Below the pieces are notes generated by a model. It ran no database searches, had not been told where the DNA came from, and saw nothing but the letters and a program-made list of their open reading frames with translations. DNA of 64,000 nt from a virus: IMG/VR virus record IMGVR_UViG_3300047554_000329, positions 1-64,000 of that record; one strand, given 5' to 3'. Below, in pieces: positions 19,647-31,000 of the stretch (position 1 is the first letter of the stretch; the number at the start of each line of letters is the position of its first letter). The translations under genes and the position numbers were made by a program.

Positions 19647-20702
19647 GTGAAGATAGCAGTTTATACAATTGCACTTAATGAAGAAAAGTTTGTAGAGCGA
19701 TGGGCAGAGTCTTGCAAGGATGCCGATTATCGCCTGATTCTTGATACTGGCTCTACAGATAGCACGGTAGACAAGGCATATGAAAATGGCGTAGAAGTAT
19801 TCTCTGCATCAGTTAAACCATGGAGATTTGACGATGCTCGCAACGCATCTCTTGCCCTAATACCTGACGATATTGACATCTGCATCTCTCTTGACATGGA
19901 CGAAGTTCTTGTCCCAGGCTGGCGTGAGCACCTTGAAAAAATTAATTCAGAAACAACTAGACCAAGATATAAATATACTTGGTCATGGAATCAGGACGGT
20001 ACTCCAGGATTAGAATATGGTGGAGATAAAATTCATGCTCGTCATGGATACCGTTGGAAGCATCCAGTACACGAAGTCCTAACAACAGATAGAATAAACG
20101 AGGTTCAAGAATGGACTGATTTAGAAATTCATCATTATCCAGATAGCACAAAATCTCGTGGACAATACTTTCCGCTTCTTGAGCTTGCCATAAAGGAAGA
20201 CCCAACAGATGATAGGAATGCCTTTTATTATGCAAGAGAGCTTTTTTATCACGGTGCTTATGCAAGTGCAACAAAAGAGTTTAGACGCTACCTAGAATTG
20301 CCAAAAGCAGTTTGGGGACCAGAGCGTTCAGCAGCATATAGATTTCTTGCAAAGTGTAATCCAGAAATTGCAGATACATATTTGGTTGGGGCGATTAGAG
20401 AAGCACCAGATAGGCGAGAGCCATATGTAGATTTTTCGAAATGGTGCTATGACAATGAGCAGTGGAGCGATTGCTATAACTATGCCTTGACAGCATTGAG
20501 AATAAAGAATAAACCACTTGACTACCTTTGTGAAGACTTTGCTTGGGGAGCATTGCCATATGACCTAGCAGCAATTTCTGCGTGGCACTTAAAAAGATAT
20601 TCTAAAGCAGTTCAGTACATAAACAAAGCACTAGAGATAGAGCCAGATAATGAAAGATTTCTGAATAACTTAGCATTCTTCAAAAGCAAGATTGTGATAT
20701 AA
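19647..20702 (+). CDS. GT2 glycosyltransferase with C-terminal TPR repeats
   Basis: KIAVYTIALNEE, DTGSTD, FDDARN, LDMDE (DxD), TPR helices. Confidence 0.9.
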   Translation: MKIAVYTIALNEEKFVERWAESCKDADYRLILDTGSTDSTVDKAYENGVEVFSASVKPWRFDDARNASLALIPDDIDICISLDMDEVLVPGWREHLEKINSETTRPRYKYTWSWNQDGTPGLEYGGDKIHARHGYRWKHPVHEVLTTDRINEVQEWTDLEIHHYPDSTKSRGQYFPLLELAIKEDPTDDRNAFYYARELFYHGAYASATKEFRRYLELPKAVWGPERSAAYRFLAKCNPEIADTYLVGAIREAPDRREPYVDFSKWCYDNEQWSDCYNYALTALRIKNKPLDYLCEDFAWGALPYDLAAISAWHLKRYSKAVQYINKALEIEPDNERFLNNLAFFKSKIVI

Positions 20703-20709
20703 TCTATCT

Positions 20710-22482
20710 ATGACCACAGAACTTACCCTAAGCGATGTTACCGTAACAATCCCAGCACTTGGTGACGCTGCAAACATTGTAACTGCCTTTACTGATTATC
20801 ACACTGACATGGCAGCAGCTGTAGCAGTTCTAGCAAGGTCAACAAACACTTTTACAGGGGACGTTGCAGTTAACGGTGGGGATATTACTACTACCGCAAC
20901 AACAGCAACACTATTCAATGCAAATGCTACCACTCTAAGTTTTGGAGGTGCTGCAGCAACACTAACCATTGGTGCTACGACTGGAACAGCAACTATTAGA
21001 AATGCAACAGTAGCAATTACAAATGCTGCAACAATTGGAACAACCCTTGCTGTGACTGGTAACACTACTCTTACTGGAGACTTAGCTGTAAATGGTGGAG
21101 ACCTGACATCATCAGCATCTACCTTTAACCTATTAGCATCTCCAACAACTGTAAGTTTTGCAGCAGCAGGAGCAACATTGACAATAGGAGCAACAACAGG
21201 AACTGCAACAATCAGAAATGCTACAGTTGCAGTCACAAACGCACTAACTGTTGGAACGACATTGGCAGTAACTGGAAACACAACGCTTACTGGAGACCTT
21301 GCCGTTAATGGTGGAGACATTACAACCACAGCAACTGGAACCGCAACAGTATTTAACACAAATGCAACAACGCTAAACATTGGTGGAGCAGCCACAACAG
21401 TATCTATTGGTGCTACGACTGGAACGACTACAGTAAATAATGACCTTTTGCTAAATACTGGCAAAACAATTATTTTTGAAGGTGCTACAGCTGACGCATA
21501 TGAAACTATTCTCACAGTAGTTGACCCAACAGCAGATAGAACCATTACGCTTCCAAATGCAACTGGATATGCAGCACTAACATCTTCTACAACTGGAGTA
21601 ATTACACTAGGAACAGATACTAGCGGAAACTATGTGGCTTCTGTTGCTACAGGCTCTGGTCTTAGTGGTGGAGCTAGCGGTTCCGAGGGTGCTGCAATTA
21701 GCCTTGGTATCGATACAGCGGTAGTTACAACCCTAACTGGTTCTCAAACACTTACAAATAAAACTTTGACATCTCCATCAATAAATACAGCTATAAATAT
21801 GGCATCTGGGGCAACTATTGTTTTTGAAGGTGCTACTGCAGATGCTTACGAAACAACGCTTACTGTAGTAGACCCAACGGTAAGCGATAAAACAATTATC
21901 CTACCAGATGCAAACGGAACAGTATCTGTTCAGAATATGCTCGTCATTGCTTCAGATGTTACAGACTCTATTTCAACTACAACAAGCACTAGCAAAACAT
22001 CGGACGCACTAGGAAAACTATTTCCAGCAGCAGCAAATACAACATATAAAATTGATTTTGCTATCCATGTATATCACAGCCTTTCTGGTCCAACTGGAAA
22101 TGGAGACGCAACACTCTCATTTAGGTTTGCTTTGCCATCTGGGGCAACTATTAAGTCAGATTTTGACTACAGACTTGACGCAGCAGCAGAAGGAGACGCA
22201 GGTGCAGTTTCATCAGTATATAAAGAGATTAGCTCTTCAAGCACAGACATAATTACCATAGACTCAGTTGTCTCTACTTCAAATAACGGCTATACAGTAA
22301 TCAAGGGGGCTGGTATTGTTCGTGTTGGTGCAACTAGTGGCGACATTGGACCAACGCTATACCTTATTGCAAATAACGTAGGAAATACATCTTTAGTATC
22401 ATTTACAACAGCAGCTGATTCATATTGCATCGTTGAACCAATTGGAACTACTGGAGAAATTAATACTGGTAGCTGGGCATAA
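20710..22482 (+). CDS. Tail fibre / virion appendage protein
   Basis: Repeated TGDLAVNGGDITT and FEGATADAYET units; ends GSWA. Confidence 0.75.
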   Translation: MTTELTLSDVTVTIPALGDAANIVTAFTDYHTDMAAAVAVLARSTNTFTGDVAVNGGDITTTATTATLFNANATTLSFGGAAATLTIGATTGTATIRNATVAITNAATIGTTLAVTGNTTLTGDLAVNGGDLTSSASTFNLLASPTTVSFAAAGATLTIGATTGTATIRNATVAVTNALTVGTTLAVTGNTTLTGDLAVNGGDITTTATGTATVFNTNATTLNIGGAATTVSIGATTGTTTVNNDLLLNTGKTIIFEGATADAYETILTVVDPTADRTITLPNATGYAALTSSTTGVITLGTDTSGNYVASVATGSGLSGGASGSEGAAISLGIDTAVVTTLTGSQTLTNKTLTSPSINTAINMASGATIVFEGATADAYETTLTVVDPTVSDKTIILPDANGTVSVQNMLVIASDVTDSISTTTSTSKTSDALGKLFPAAANTTYKIDFAIHVYHSLSGPTGNGDATLSFRFALPSGATIKSDFDYRLDAAAEGDAGAVSSVYKEISSSSTDIITIDSVVSTSNNGYTVIKGAGIVRVGATSGDIGPTLYLIANNVGNTSLVSFTTAADSYCIVEPIGTTGEINTGSWA

Positions 22483-22485
22483 AAA

Positions 22486-22511
22486 TACCCTGACCTTTTG
22501 AGCCAGGGTAT
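22486..22511. terminator. Terminator between convergent genes
   Basis: ATACCCTG...CAGGGTAT. Confidence 0.65.
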
Positions 22512-22514
22512 CTT

Positions 22515-23075
22515 CTAGTTAGTTTCTATAAACCTCGTATAAGTAACTTTAGTATTCCAATTCATCTTAGCCCATTTCTTTACAGAAACAACTGCAGTCC
22601 TTTGTCCAGGAGCAGGAGCATGAATCATTTTTCCGTTACCAATGTAGATTCCAACGTGTTGTGCTCCAGAATAGTTTTTCCATCCGAAAGCAACTACGTC
22701 ACCAATTTTTGGGGTTTTATATTTTTTGCCAGCATTCTTCTGGACACTTGCACTATGTTTTAGCTCTATGCCAAGTTGCTGGTAGGTCCACATTGTAAGA
22801 CCTGAGCAGTCCCATCCTCGTGGGCTACTACCTGAGAATACGTACCAGGTTTTTCCTACATATTGCTTTAGTTTAGCAATTGTATTTTTTACTCTTTGGG
22901 TATTGCCATCAATAACCATCTGCTCTTTAAAACTAATAGCAGTTTTAATAGCAAAGTTATTGTCTTGTGTTGCATTTGAAACTATTGGTTTTGTTTGTTC
23001 AACAGCCGTTGCCGATGTTGAACACGTTGTAAGCGATAAAACCATCACGCCTACTGCAGCAAATTTTTTAATCAT
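22515..23075 (-). CDS. Secreted NlpC/P60 peptidoglycan endopeptidase
   Basis: Signal peptide; DCSGLT, GDVVAF, HVGIYIGNGKMIHA. Confidence 0.92.
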   Translation of the reverse strand: MIKKFAAVGVMVLSLTTCSTSATAVEQTKPIVSNATQDNNFAIKTAISFKEQMVIDGNTQRVKNTIAKLKQYVGKTWYVFSGSSPRGWDCSGLTMWTYQQLGIELKHSASVQKNAGKKYKTPKIGDVVAFGWKNYSGAQHVGIYIGNGKMIHAPAPGQRTAVVSVKKWAKMNWNTKVTYTRFIETN

Positions 23076-23292
23076 TTTGCTACCTCCTTATTTTTTATGT
23101 TGTTACTCTACCGCTAAACTGCAACGGTATTCTGGCAGACACTATTCTTTATGAAGTAGAATCCGATAAAGCAAAAACTTCCTTTTAAGGGGAAGTCATA
23201 GTAAATTATACCATCATTTAGACCCAAAAATCAAAATCTTAAGATTTTTAGCAATAAGTTCACAGGCTTCTTGTGATATAATATTTATTAAT

Positions 23293-25863
23293 ATGACTAC
23301 AATCCAGTTTAGACGAGGCACAGCCAGCGAATGGACAACTGCAAACCCCACATTGGCAGCAGGTGAAGCTGGCTATGAAACAGATACAGGTAAGTTTAAA
23401 ATCGGTAATGGTTCAACTGCATGGAACTCACTATCATATTTTCAAACTGGAGCAGCCAGTGCATCAAACTCATTTACAACAATCTCTACTACATCTGGAA
23501 CAGCACCAGTAGCAGACTCATCTACTGACACTTTGACACTTACTGCAGGTACTGGAATTACAATTACTGGAGACTCTTCAACAGACACCATCACAATTGC
23601 TTCAACAGTAACCGATACAAATACAACGTATACTTTAGCCAGCGGAACAAATAATGGAACTCTAAAGCTAACCCCATCATCTGGCTCAGTTCAAGACAAC
23701 ATTGCAGTTACTGGTCTTGGAACTGGTGCTTATGCCACTATCTCAAACTATGCTGCTTTGTCAGGTGCAACATTTACTGGGGATGTGGTTTTAGCTGGAA
23801 CCTCAGCTTCTACAGATGTTAGAACTCTTGAAATTACATCACAAGGTTTTGCAAGAATTGATATGACTGGTGATTCTGGTAATGCTGCTGGTGAGCCAGG
23901 AGGTGCTGCGATTACTTTTGCAAATGACTCAGCTGCAAGCACCTATGGAATTGTTTCGGCAGTAAATGCTGCTGGTAGTTCTGGTGTTTCTGGAATTTCT
24001 TATACAGGTAGCTTAGACAACTCAATGTTGGTTGGAACAAATGGAGCTTTGCCACTAACACTAGGAACAAACAACAATGTAAGAATGACAATCGATTCTG
24101 CTGGAGACGCTTCACTTACTGGAGCACTTGCGGTAACTGGAAATACTACTCTTACTGGAACACTTGCAGTAAATGGCGGTAGCATTACATCAACAGACAC
24201 CACCTTCGACCTGCTGACTGGAGCATCTACAATTACTATAGGTGCTGGTACTGGAAACGTTCTTTTCCAAGACAATATCTCTGCCGAAGGATACATCACA
24301 GCAAGAAGAGCATCAAACCAAGACTCAGTTAGATTGCTGGGTAGAGCAGGTGGAACAGGTAACTATGACGCAATCATTACTCCAACTACACTTAGTGCAA
24401 CAAGAACCTTTACCCTACCAGATGAAACTGGAACAGTAGCACTTACGGCAGACTTGGCTGACTATGCTGCTCTGGCAGGAGCAACCTTTAGTGGACAAAT
24501 ACAATCTACTCATGCATCAACCTGGTCTTCTCCAGCAATTATTGTTGGTGGTGCTCAAGGTGCAATGCTTTTAAAAGATACAGATGCAAGCCAAGCAGAT
24601 GCACTTATTGGTGCAAATGCTGGAAACTTTTATATTCTTGGAGATACCGCTAGTGATGGAACTTACGATACTGTCCCACTGACAATGAACTTAACTTCTG
24701 GAGACACAACATTCCTTGGAGTAGTTACTGCATCATCATTTAGCGGTAATGCTTCTAGTGCTACAGCTGCCACAAATATTACCATTAGCACAACAGACGG
24801 AAATACTTCAGATACGACAATGTATCCAGTATTTGTTGCTGCAAACACAACTGGCAACCAACTACCACATACAGACGTTTCTGGTATTACGTATAATGCT
24901 TCAACCAATTCATTAAATACTGGAATTATATCACTAACTGGTGACCTTGCTGTTAACGGTGGAGATATTACTTCTACAGCAGCCACGTTTAATCTTATCA
25001 ATACAAATGCCACTACTCTAAATATTGGTGGAGCAGCAGCAACATTGTCTATTGGTTCATCAACAAGCACAGTTACCTTTGGAAACATTATTTCTGCAGA
25101 TGAGGTATACTCAACAAACAACGGCAATGGAACTAACTTTAAAGTTGGTGACGATACTTGGCTTGGAGATATCAACATCTCAAATACTCTGAGCATTAGG
25201 GGACAGCAAGATGCTGCAAATGCATACATTGTTTTTGGTAATGGTGATACTAAGGCATTAGGTAGAGCTGGAACAGGAAGACTTACATATGACTCTGCCC
25301 TTGTTCCTGCAACTTATTATAAAGTCATTGATGCAACTGCAGCAGGAAGCTCATTGGGAACTGTAGCAGCTGGTGCAAGTACAACATACAGTGCTTTTGG
25401 AACTAATGGAATATCTCTTGCTGCTGGTGCATATGAAATAGATTGTTTGCTACTGCTTACTAGCGTAGCAACAGGAACAAGCGGTACTCCAGCAACACTA
25501 GTAATTACCCCTGGTTCTCCGTCTGGTCCTGCTGTTCCTACAGAAAACCAACTTTACTATACATACTCGGCAAGCACTACGGTACTAACAAATGCAGCAG
25601 CAGTTTCTGGTGTACACAGAACTGGAACAACAAGCTTTGCATCTCTGAACACAATTACGATTGGTACTGGAACTACAAGCTATTTGAGAGCAACAGTTAA
25701 GGGAATTGTTCGTATTGGAACCGCTGGAAACTTTACTTTTAGACTTGCCTATACTGGTGCTACAACTGGAAGCATTTCAGCTATCAACCTTGGTGCTGGC
25801 TCATTCCTAAAGGTCACCCCACTAGGCACTCAAACAATTACAGATATTGGTACTTGGGCATAG
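23293..25863 (+). CDS. Tail fibre with Mtd_N-type N-terminal domain
   Basis: IQFRRGTASEWTTANPTLAAGEAGYETDTGKFKIGNG..AWNSL; shares repeat units and GTWA end with 20710-22482. Confidence 0.82.
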   Translation: MTTIQFRRGTASEWTTANPTLAAGEAGYETDTGKFKIGNGSTAWNSLSYFQTGAASASNSFTTISTTSGTAPVADSSTDTLTLTAGTGITITGDSSTDTITIASTVTDTNTTYTLASGTNNGTLKLTPSSGSVQDNIAVTGLGTGAYATISNYAALSGATFTGDVVLAGTSASTDVRTLEITSQGFARIDMTGDSGNAAGEPGGAAITFANDSAASTYGIVSAVNAAGSSGVSGISYTGSLDNSMLVGTNGALPLTLGTNNNVRMTIDSAGDASLTGALAVTGNTTLTGTLAVNGGSITSTDTTFDLLTGASTITIGAGTGNVLFQDNISAEGYITARRASNQDSVRLLGRAGGTGNYDAIITPTTLSATRTFTLPDETGTVALTADLADYAALAGATFSGQIQSTHASTWSSPAIIVGGAQGAMLLKDTDASQADALIGANAGNFYILGDTASDGTYDTVPLTMNLTSGDTTFLGVVTASSFSGNASSATAATNITISTTDGNTSDTTMYPVFVAANTTGNQLPHTDVSGITYNASTNSLNTGIISLTGDLAVNGGDITSTAATFNLINTNATTLNIGGAAATLSIGSSTSTVTFGNIISADEVYSTNNGNGTNFKVGDDTWLGDINISNTLSIRGQQDAANAYIVFGNGDTKALGRAGTGRLTYDSALVPATYYKVIDATAAGSSLGTVAAGASTTYSAFGTNGISLAAGAYEIDCLLLLTSVATGTSGTPATLVITPGSPSGPAVPTENQLYYTYSASTTVLTNAAAVSGVHRTGTTSFASLNTITIGTGTTSYLRATVKGIVRIGTAGNFTFRLAYTGATTGSISAINLGAGSFLKVTPLGTQTITDIGTWA

Positions 25864-25928
25864 TGTTTTACTTTTTCTAAAACTGTGCTATAATAAATAC
25901 ATTACAGTTATGGAAAGGTGGAAACACT

Positions 25929-27947
25929 ATGTCGGAATTTTTCTCATTTACCCTACCGAATGACTTTGTAGAAAAGTACAAAACATCGGAATCACCCTTT
26001 GGATTCGTGGATGCAGGAGGTAACTCACTTGGAGAAATTACTTTCGTTCGCACCTACTCACGAGTCAAAGAAGACGGAACTAAAGAACGCTGGTACGAAG
26101 TAGTACGCAGAGTTATTGAAGGTATGTATTCTGTCCAGAAAAATCATGCAAAGGAGAACCGTCTCCCATGGAATGACTACAAGGCACAGAAGTCAGCACA
26201 GGAAGCATTCGACAGAATGTTTACCCTAAAGTGGACACCACCAGGTCGTGGTATGTGGACATTCGGTACTCCACTAACAATGGAAAAGCGTAACTCAGCT
26301 GCTCTTCAGAACTGTGCAATGGTATCAACCAAAGACTTAGATAAGAATGACCCTGGTGCTCTGTTTGCTTGGGTAATGGATGCCCTGATGCTAGGCATCG
26401 GTGTAGGCTTTGACACTCTTGGTGCAGACAAGAACTTTCCAATTTATGCACCAGTAGAGCCAGCAGTAACTTACGAGATTCCAGATACTCGTGAAGGATG
26501 GGTAGAGTCGCTACGACTTCTTCTAAATTCATTCCTTCGACCAAACCAAGCCATTCAGGAGTTTGACTATTCGCTAATTCGTCCTGAAGGTGCTCCTATC
26601 AAGGGGTTTGGTGGAACAGCATCTGGACCAGCACCACTAATCAAAGTACATAATCAGCTGCGTGAAGTTATCGGTGGACGTGCAGGAGAAAAGCTAGACT
26701 CTCGTGCTATTGTTGACATCGTTAACCTAGTTGGAACTTGCGTTGTTGCAGGTAACGTTAGACGTTCAGCTACCTTGGCACTTGGTGGTGCAGAAGATGA
26801 GGAATTCATTAACCTAAAGAACTACGAGAAGTTCCCAGACCGTGCTCCATGGGCATGGATGTCGAACAACTCTATTTCTGCAAAGGTTGGAATGGATTAC
26901 ACTCAGTATGTAGACCGCATTGCAGACAACGGAGAGCCAGGATTTATCTGGCTAGATGTTGCTCGTAACTATGGTCGTCTAGCAGACCCTGCAGATGGCA
27001 AGGATTATCGTGTTATGGGATTCAACCCATGTGCAGAGCAGCCACTAGAGTCATACGAGCTATGTACTCTAGTTGAGGTACACCTAAACCGTCACGAGAG
27101 CAAGGAAGACTTCCTACGCACTCTGAAGTTTGCCTACCTCTACGGAAAGACTGTAACTCTTCTTCCAACTCACTGGCAGCAGACAAACGGTATCATGCAG
27201 CGTAACCGTCGTATTGGAACATCGCTAACTGGTATTGCATCATTTGCTGACGCACATGGTCTACCTGCAACTCGTGAGTGGATGGACGAGGGTTATAACA
27301 AGATTCGCTTCTATGACAAGAAGTACTCAGAATGGCTATGTGTTCGTGAATCAATTCGTGTAACCACAGTTAAGCCATCTGGCTCAGTATCAATCTTGTC
27401 TGGAGCAACTCCAGGTGTCCATTGGATGCCAGGAGGTAAGTTCTACCTACGTGCTATCCGTTTTGGAAACACAGACCCAATGCTACACCTATTTAAGGCT
27501 GCAGGGTACAAGGTAGAGCCAGCACTATACTCTGACAACACTTCGGTAGTATACTTCCCAATCTCTTCAGGCATTAAGCGTTCGGAGAAGGATGTAACCA
27601 TTTTTGAGAAGATGGCACTTGCTGCTACTGCTCAGAAGTATTGGTCAGACAATGGTGTATCAGTAACCCTGTCGTTTGACAAGGAAACTGAAAAGCAGCA
27701 CGTTGCCTCAGTGCTTAATATGTACGAAGGTCAGCTAAAGGCTGTATCATTCCTTCCAATGGGAAATGACGTTTATGAGCAACAGCCATATTCTGAAATC
27801 ACAGAAGAAGAATACGACTACTACATTGGTAGAATTGCTAAGATTGACTTCTCAGCAATCTATGATGGAGTTACAAATCTAGAAGCAGAAGGCGAAGCCT
27901 ACTGTACCACAGACTACTGTGAGATTAAAATTCCAGACAAGAACTAG
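25929..27947 (+). CDS. nrdJ: Class II (B12-dependent, monomeric RTPR-type) ribonucleotide reductase
   Basis: PPGRG, NCAM, VVAGNVRRSA, GFNPCAEQ, TTVKPSG, C-terminal CxxxxC. Confidence 0.93.
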   Translation: MSEFFSFTLPNDFVEKYKTSESPFGFVDAGGNSLGEITFVRTYSRVKEDGTKERWYEVVRRVIEGMYSVQKNHAKENRLPWNDYKAQKSAQEAFDRMFTLKWTPPGRGMWTFGTPLTMEKRNSAALQNCAMVSTKDLDKNDPGALFAWVMDALMLGIGVGFDTLGADKNFPIYAPVEPAVTYEIPDTREGWVESLRLLLNSFLRPNQAIQEFDYSLIRPEGAPIKGFGGTASGPAPLIKVHNQLREVIGGRAGEKLDSRAIVDIVNLVGTCVVAGNVRRSATLALGGAEDEEFINLKNYEKFPDRAPWAWMSNNSISAKVGMDYTQYVDRIADNGEPGFIWLDVARNYGRLADPADGKDYRVMGFNPCAEQPLESYELCTLVEVHLNRHESKEDFLRTLKFAYLYGKTVTLLPTHWQQTNGIMQRNRRIGTSLTGIASFADAHGLPATREWMDEGYNKIRFYDKKYSEWLCVRESIRVTTVKPSGSVSILSGATPGVHWMPGGKFYLRAIRFGNTDPMLHLFKAAGYKVEPALYSDNTSVVYFPISSGIKRSEKDVTIFEKMALAATAQKYWSDNGVSVTLSFDKETEKQHVASVLNMYEGQLKAVSFLPMGNDVYEQQPYSEITEEEYDYYIGRIAKIDFSAIYDGVTNLEAEGEAYCTTDYCEIKIPDKN

Positions 27948-27960
27948 TCAAAATAGAGTT

Positions 27961-27994
27961 ATGCCCTGTCGTTAATTCGGCAGGGCATTTCTTT
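27961..27994 (+). terminator. Intrinsic terminator after nrdJ
   Basis: ATGCCCTGTCG...CGGCAGGGCAT followed by TTCTTT. Confidence 0.75.
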
Positions 27995-28013
27995 ATATGG
28001 TAGAATATATATC

Positions 28014-31000
28014 ATGGCTAATCCTTCTAATCTTTATGCAGAAAGGGTGTTTTCAGAACATCCAATCGCTCTATGGTCCCTAGATGACAATGCTGGATTT
28101 GCTTCATTTATATCTGATGCCAACAAAGACTTGACTACCTGGACTAAAACAGGTTCTGGAACAGTGGCAGATTTCAATAATGCAGACTTTCCTTATCCAA
28201 TACTTGAAAACGATAAGACTGCACAAGTTTCTATTTCTGGTTCAGCAAGCTCAATAACTTTGACAAGTGCTGCCACCTTTACATCTACACAAGCAGAAAC
28301 ATTTTCTATTGGATTTTATTTTTATGACAATAGCCAAAAGATTACAAAGATTGAGGTTGGCTATGGAGCAAGCCTATTTGAAGTAGACCTTCCAAAAGAA
28401 GGTAGCTATGTTACAGATAGACAATGGATACTTGTCTCAAAACAGATTACAGCAAGAGTTGCAGCAGCATCAAGCATTATAATTAAAGTAACATATGACG
28501 CTCCTACTGGAACACAGACATTTCTGATTAATGGTGTATCCATTGGAAACCATTCTGAAGAATTTAATGGCTCAACCACAGGACAATATCCAAGTACATT
28601 TCCAGCAACAGTAGCAAAAACAACTTATGCCTGGAGTGGAACCGCACAAAGTTCATCTTCAACCGCAACATATTTAGATGGAACCACTCGTACCAACTTA
28701 GTAAAAAATCCAATTCCATCTACATCAACAGCAGTGTCTCCACAAGAAAACTGGTCTGTAATCAACCGAGGAACTGGTGGTGCAGGAACTACAACATTAA
28801 CTGCTGCAGGTGCTAGTGACATTGTGACTACTGCTGCATCAACTACTGCATATTCTTTTGGTATATCAGGAACAACAAATGCTCAAAGAATTCAGGTTAC
28901 CGCTGGTCAGACATATGCAGTTTCTTTTTATGCAACATCAAGCATTAATGACGTTCGTAGAATTGCAGCCACATTTTATAACTCAGCTGGAACAAGTCTT
29001 GGAGAATTTCCAATTGCAACATTTACAATGACAGCAGGGGTAGAGGTAAGGCTTTATGGAACTGTTACTGCTCCTGCAAATGCTGTCTCAATGCGTTTTT
29101 ATGCTGGTGCTACTACTGGTTCTGTTATTCGTACACTAAACTCAACAATGATTTGGCATAGTGCTCTTGCAGAAGAAACATCTACAATAGGCACATATTT
29201 TGATGGCTCTACAAACCATACAGTAATATCTGCAGACTCATACGGTTATGCAAATTATGATGGATATTATGTTGTAAAGAATGGAAAGCTTTTAGCATCT
29301 AATTCTGGAATGCCAATGGTTTATGGTGCTTCTAATGCTACATCATGTTTTTATCAAGATGATGAAGGAGACCCATCCTTAATTCTTCCTGCTGCTGGAT
29401 TTCTACATTCAAATGGCAATGGAAATTCACTATCACTTGAAGCATGGCTAAGAATTGTATCTACAGCAACAACAGAAAAAAGAATCTTTGGTCCAATCGG
29501 TTCTACTGATGGGCTGTATGTAAGCGGTCCATTCCTAATGCTAAGAATTGACTCCAACTATGGTATGCATTATGTTGGTGAATGGGGCAGACCAATGCTA
29601 ATCAATATTAACGTATTTGATAATGGGGCAAACCTATTGGTAAACGGTGAAACAGCTATTTCTCTAAGTTTTGCAAAAGACGACATTGCGTTTAGTGAAG
29701 ACGATACAGAAGACTTTATTGGTTTCTATGCTCACAGCGATATTCCTAGAATTGATGTAGACTGTGTTGGCATCTATCCATATGTTGTTCCGCAAGAAGT
29801 TGCAAAACGTAGATACATTTATGGTCAGGGTATCGAGTTTCCAGAAGAACTAAACAAAGCCTATAACGGAGAGTCATTTCTTGTTGACTACTCTTTTGCA
29901 AACTACTCAAACAACTCTGTGTACCCAAATACCTTTAAGTGGAGCGAAGCATTAGTAGAAAATCTTGCAGTGGTAAATAACACACTGGCATTGCCAAGCT
30001 ACACTAAGCCAACAGTATTTCATGAATCGCTAACAGAGTCAGAATTTTTGTCAGCACTTTATACAACAAATATTGCAGATACTGGAAGGTCAAAAAACTT
30101 CTTTCAATTTGAAACAGGAGAAGAAGGCTACTTTATTTTTGAAAGCCTAGAGCAAATTGCAGATAAGACATCAGCGATTTATGGAGTATTCTCTAGAACT
30201 GAGTCAACAACCACAGAGCAAGTGCTAATAAAGATATTTGATAATAACTCAGGAGATTACCTAAAGGCATCTCTTCTAAACTCAAACGTAGTTTACTCAT
30301 TCTACTCTGGTGGGGTAGAGGTTTGGACAGACACAATGGCTGCCACAATATCAGTAGGAGAAGACTTTGTTTGTGGGTTTAGTATTAAGCAGATGGCTGA
30401 GAATAATAGTGTTGAGGGCTTGTCTAGATTCCTATCAAACTCTAGAAACCTAAAGGTATACATTGCTGGTGGAGACACAACATCTTCTGCTGGAAAGATT
30501 TCACTAACACACACTTTTGACGGATACATCTACTCTGTTGGATTCTCAAGTCCAAGAAACTACAACAAGATAAGTTCCTATTTTGATTCAACCAGCGGTG
30601 TAATTGAAAACGTAGATACAGGAGCAACTGTTACAGCACTGTTAGACCACTATGCGTCATACACCCTGATTGCTAAAATTATTGCAGAACAGCTAGTTAT
30701 CGATATTGCAATCGATGGATACTGGCAAGACTATATTCCACTTTCAACACTATCTAAATATATTCTAAACAGCTCATCTGAACAAGAGTACGATATTGAC
30801 TACATTCAGTTTAATATAGACTATCCAAAAGCAGTAGACACATCAAGCTCAATTGTTCGCTCATACCTAAGCTTTCAGACAATTGCTAGCGGTGCAAATT
30901 CTATACCAGGAACCAAGGTAGCCCTAGCTAGCGACAATGCAGTTATTGCAGATGCATCATGGGCAACAAAGATGTACGAAGTTGTAAATGGCGACGTTAT

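Noticed and set aside
23293-25863. Diversity-generating retroelement suggested by the Mtd_N-like domain
   Set aside because: No reverse transcriptase, no template/variable repeat pair and no C-type lectin end seen; this N-terminal domain is common in ordinary fibres.
25929-27947. Intein or intron in nrdJ, dnaB or dnaE
   Set aside because: Reading frames are continuous and of normal length with no splice motifs seen.
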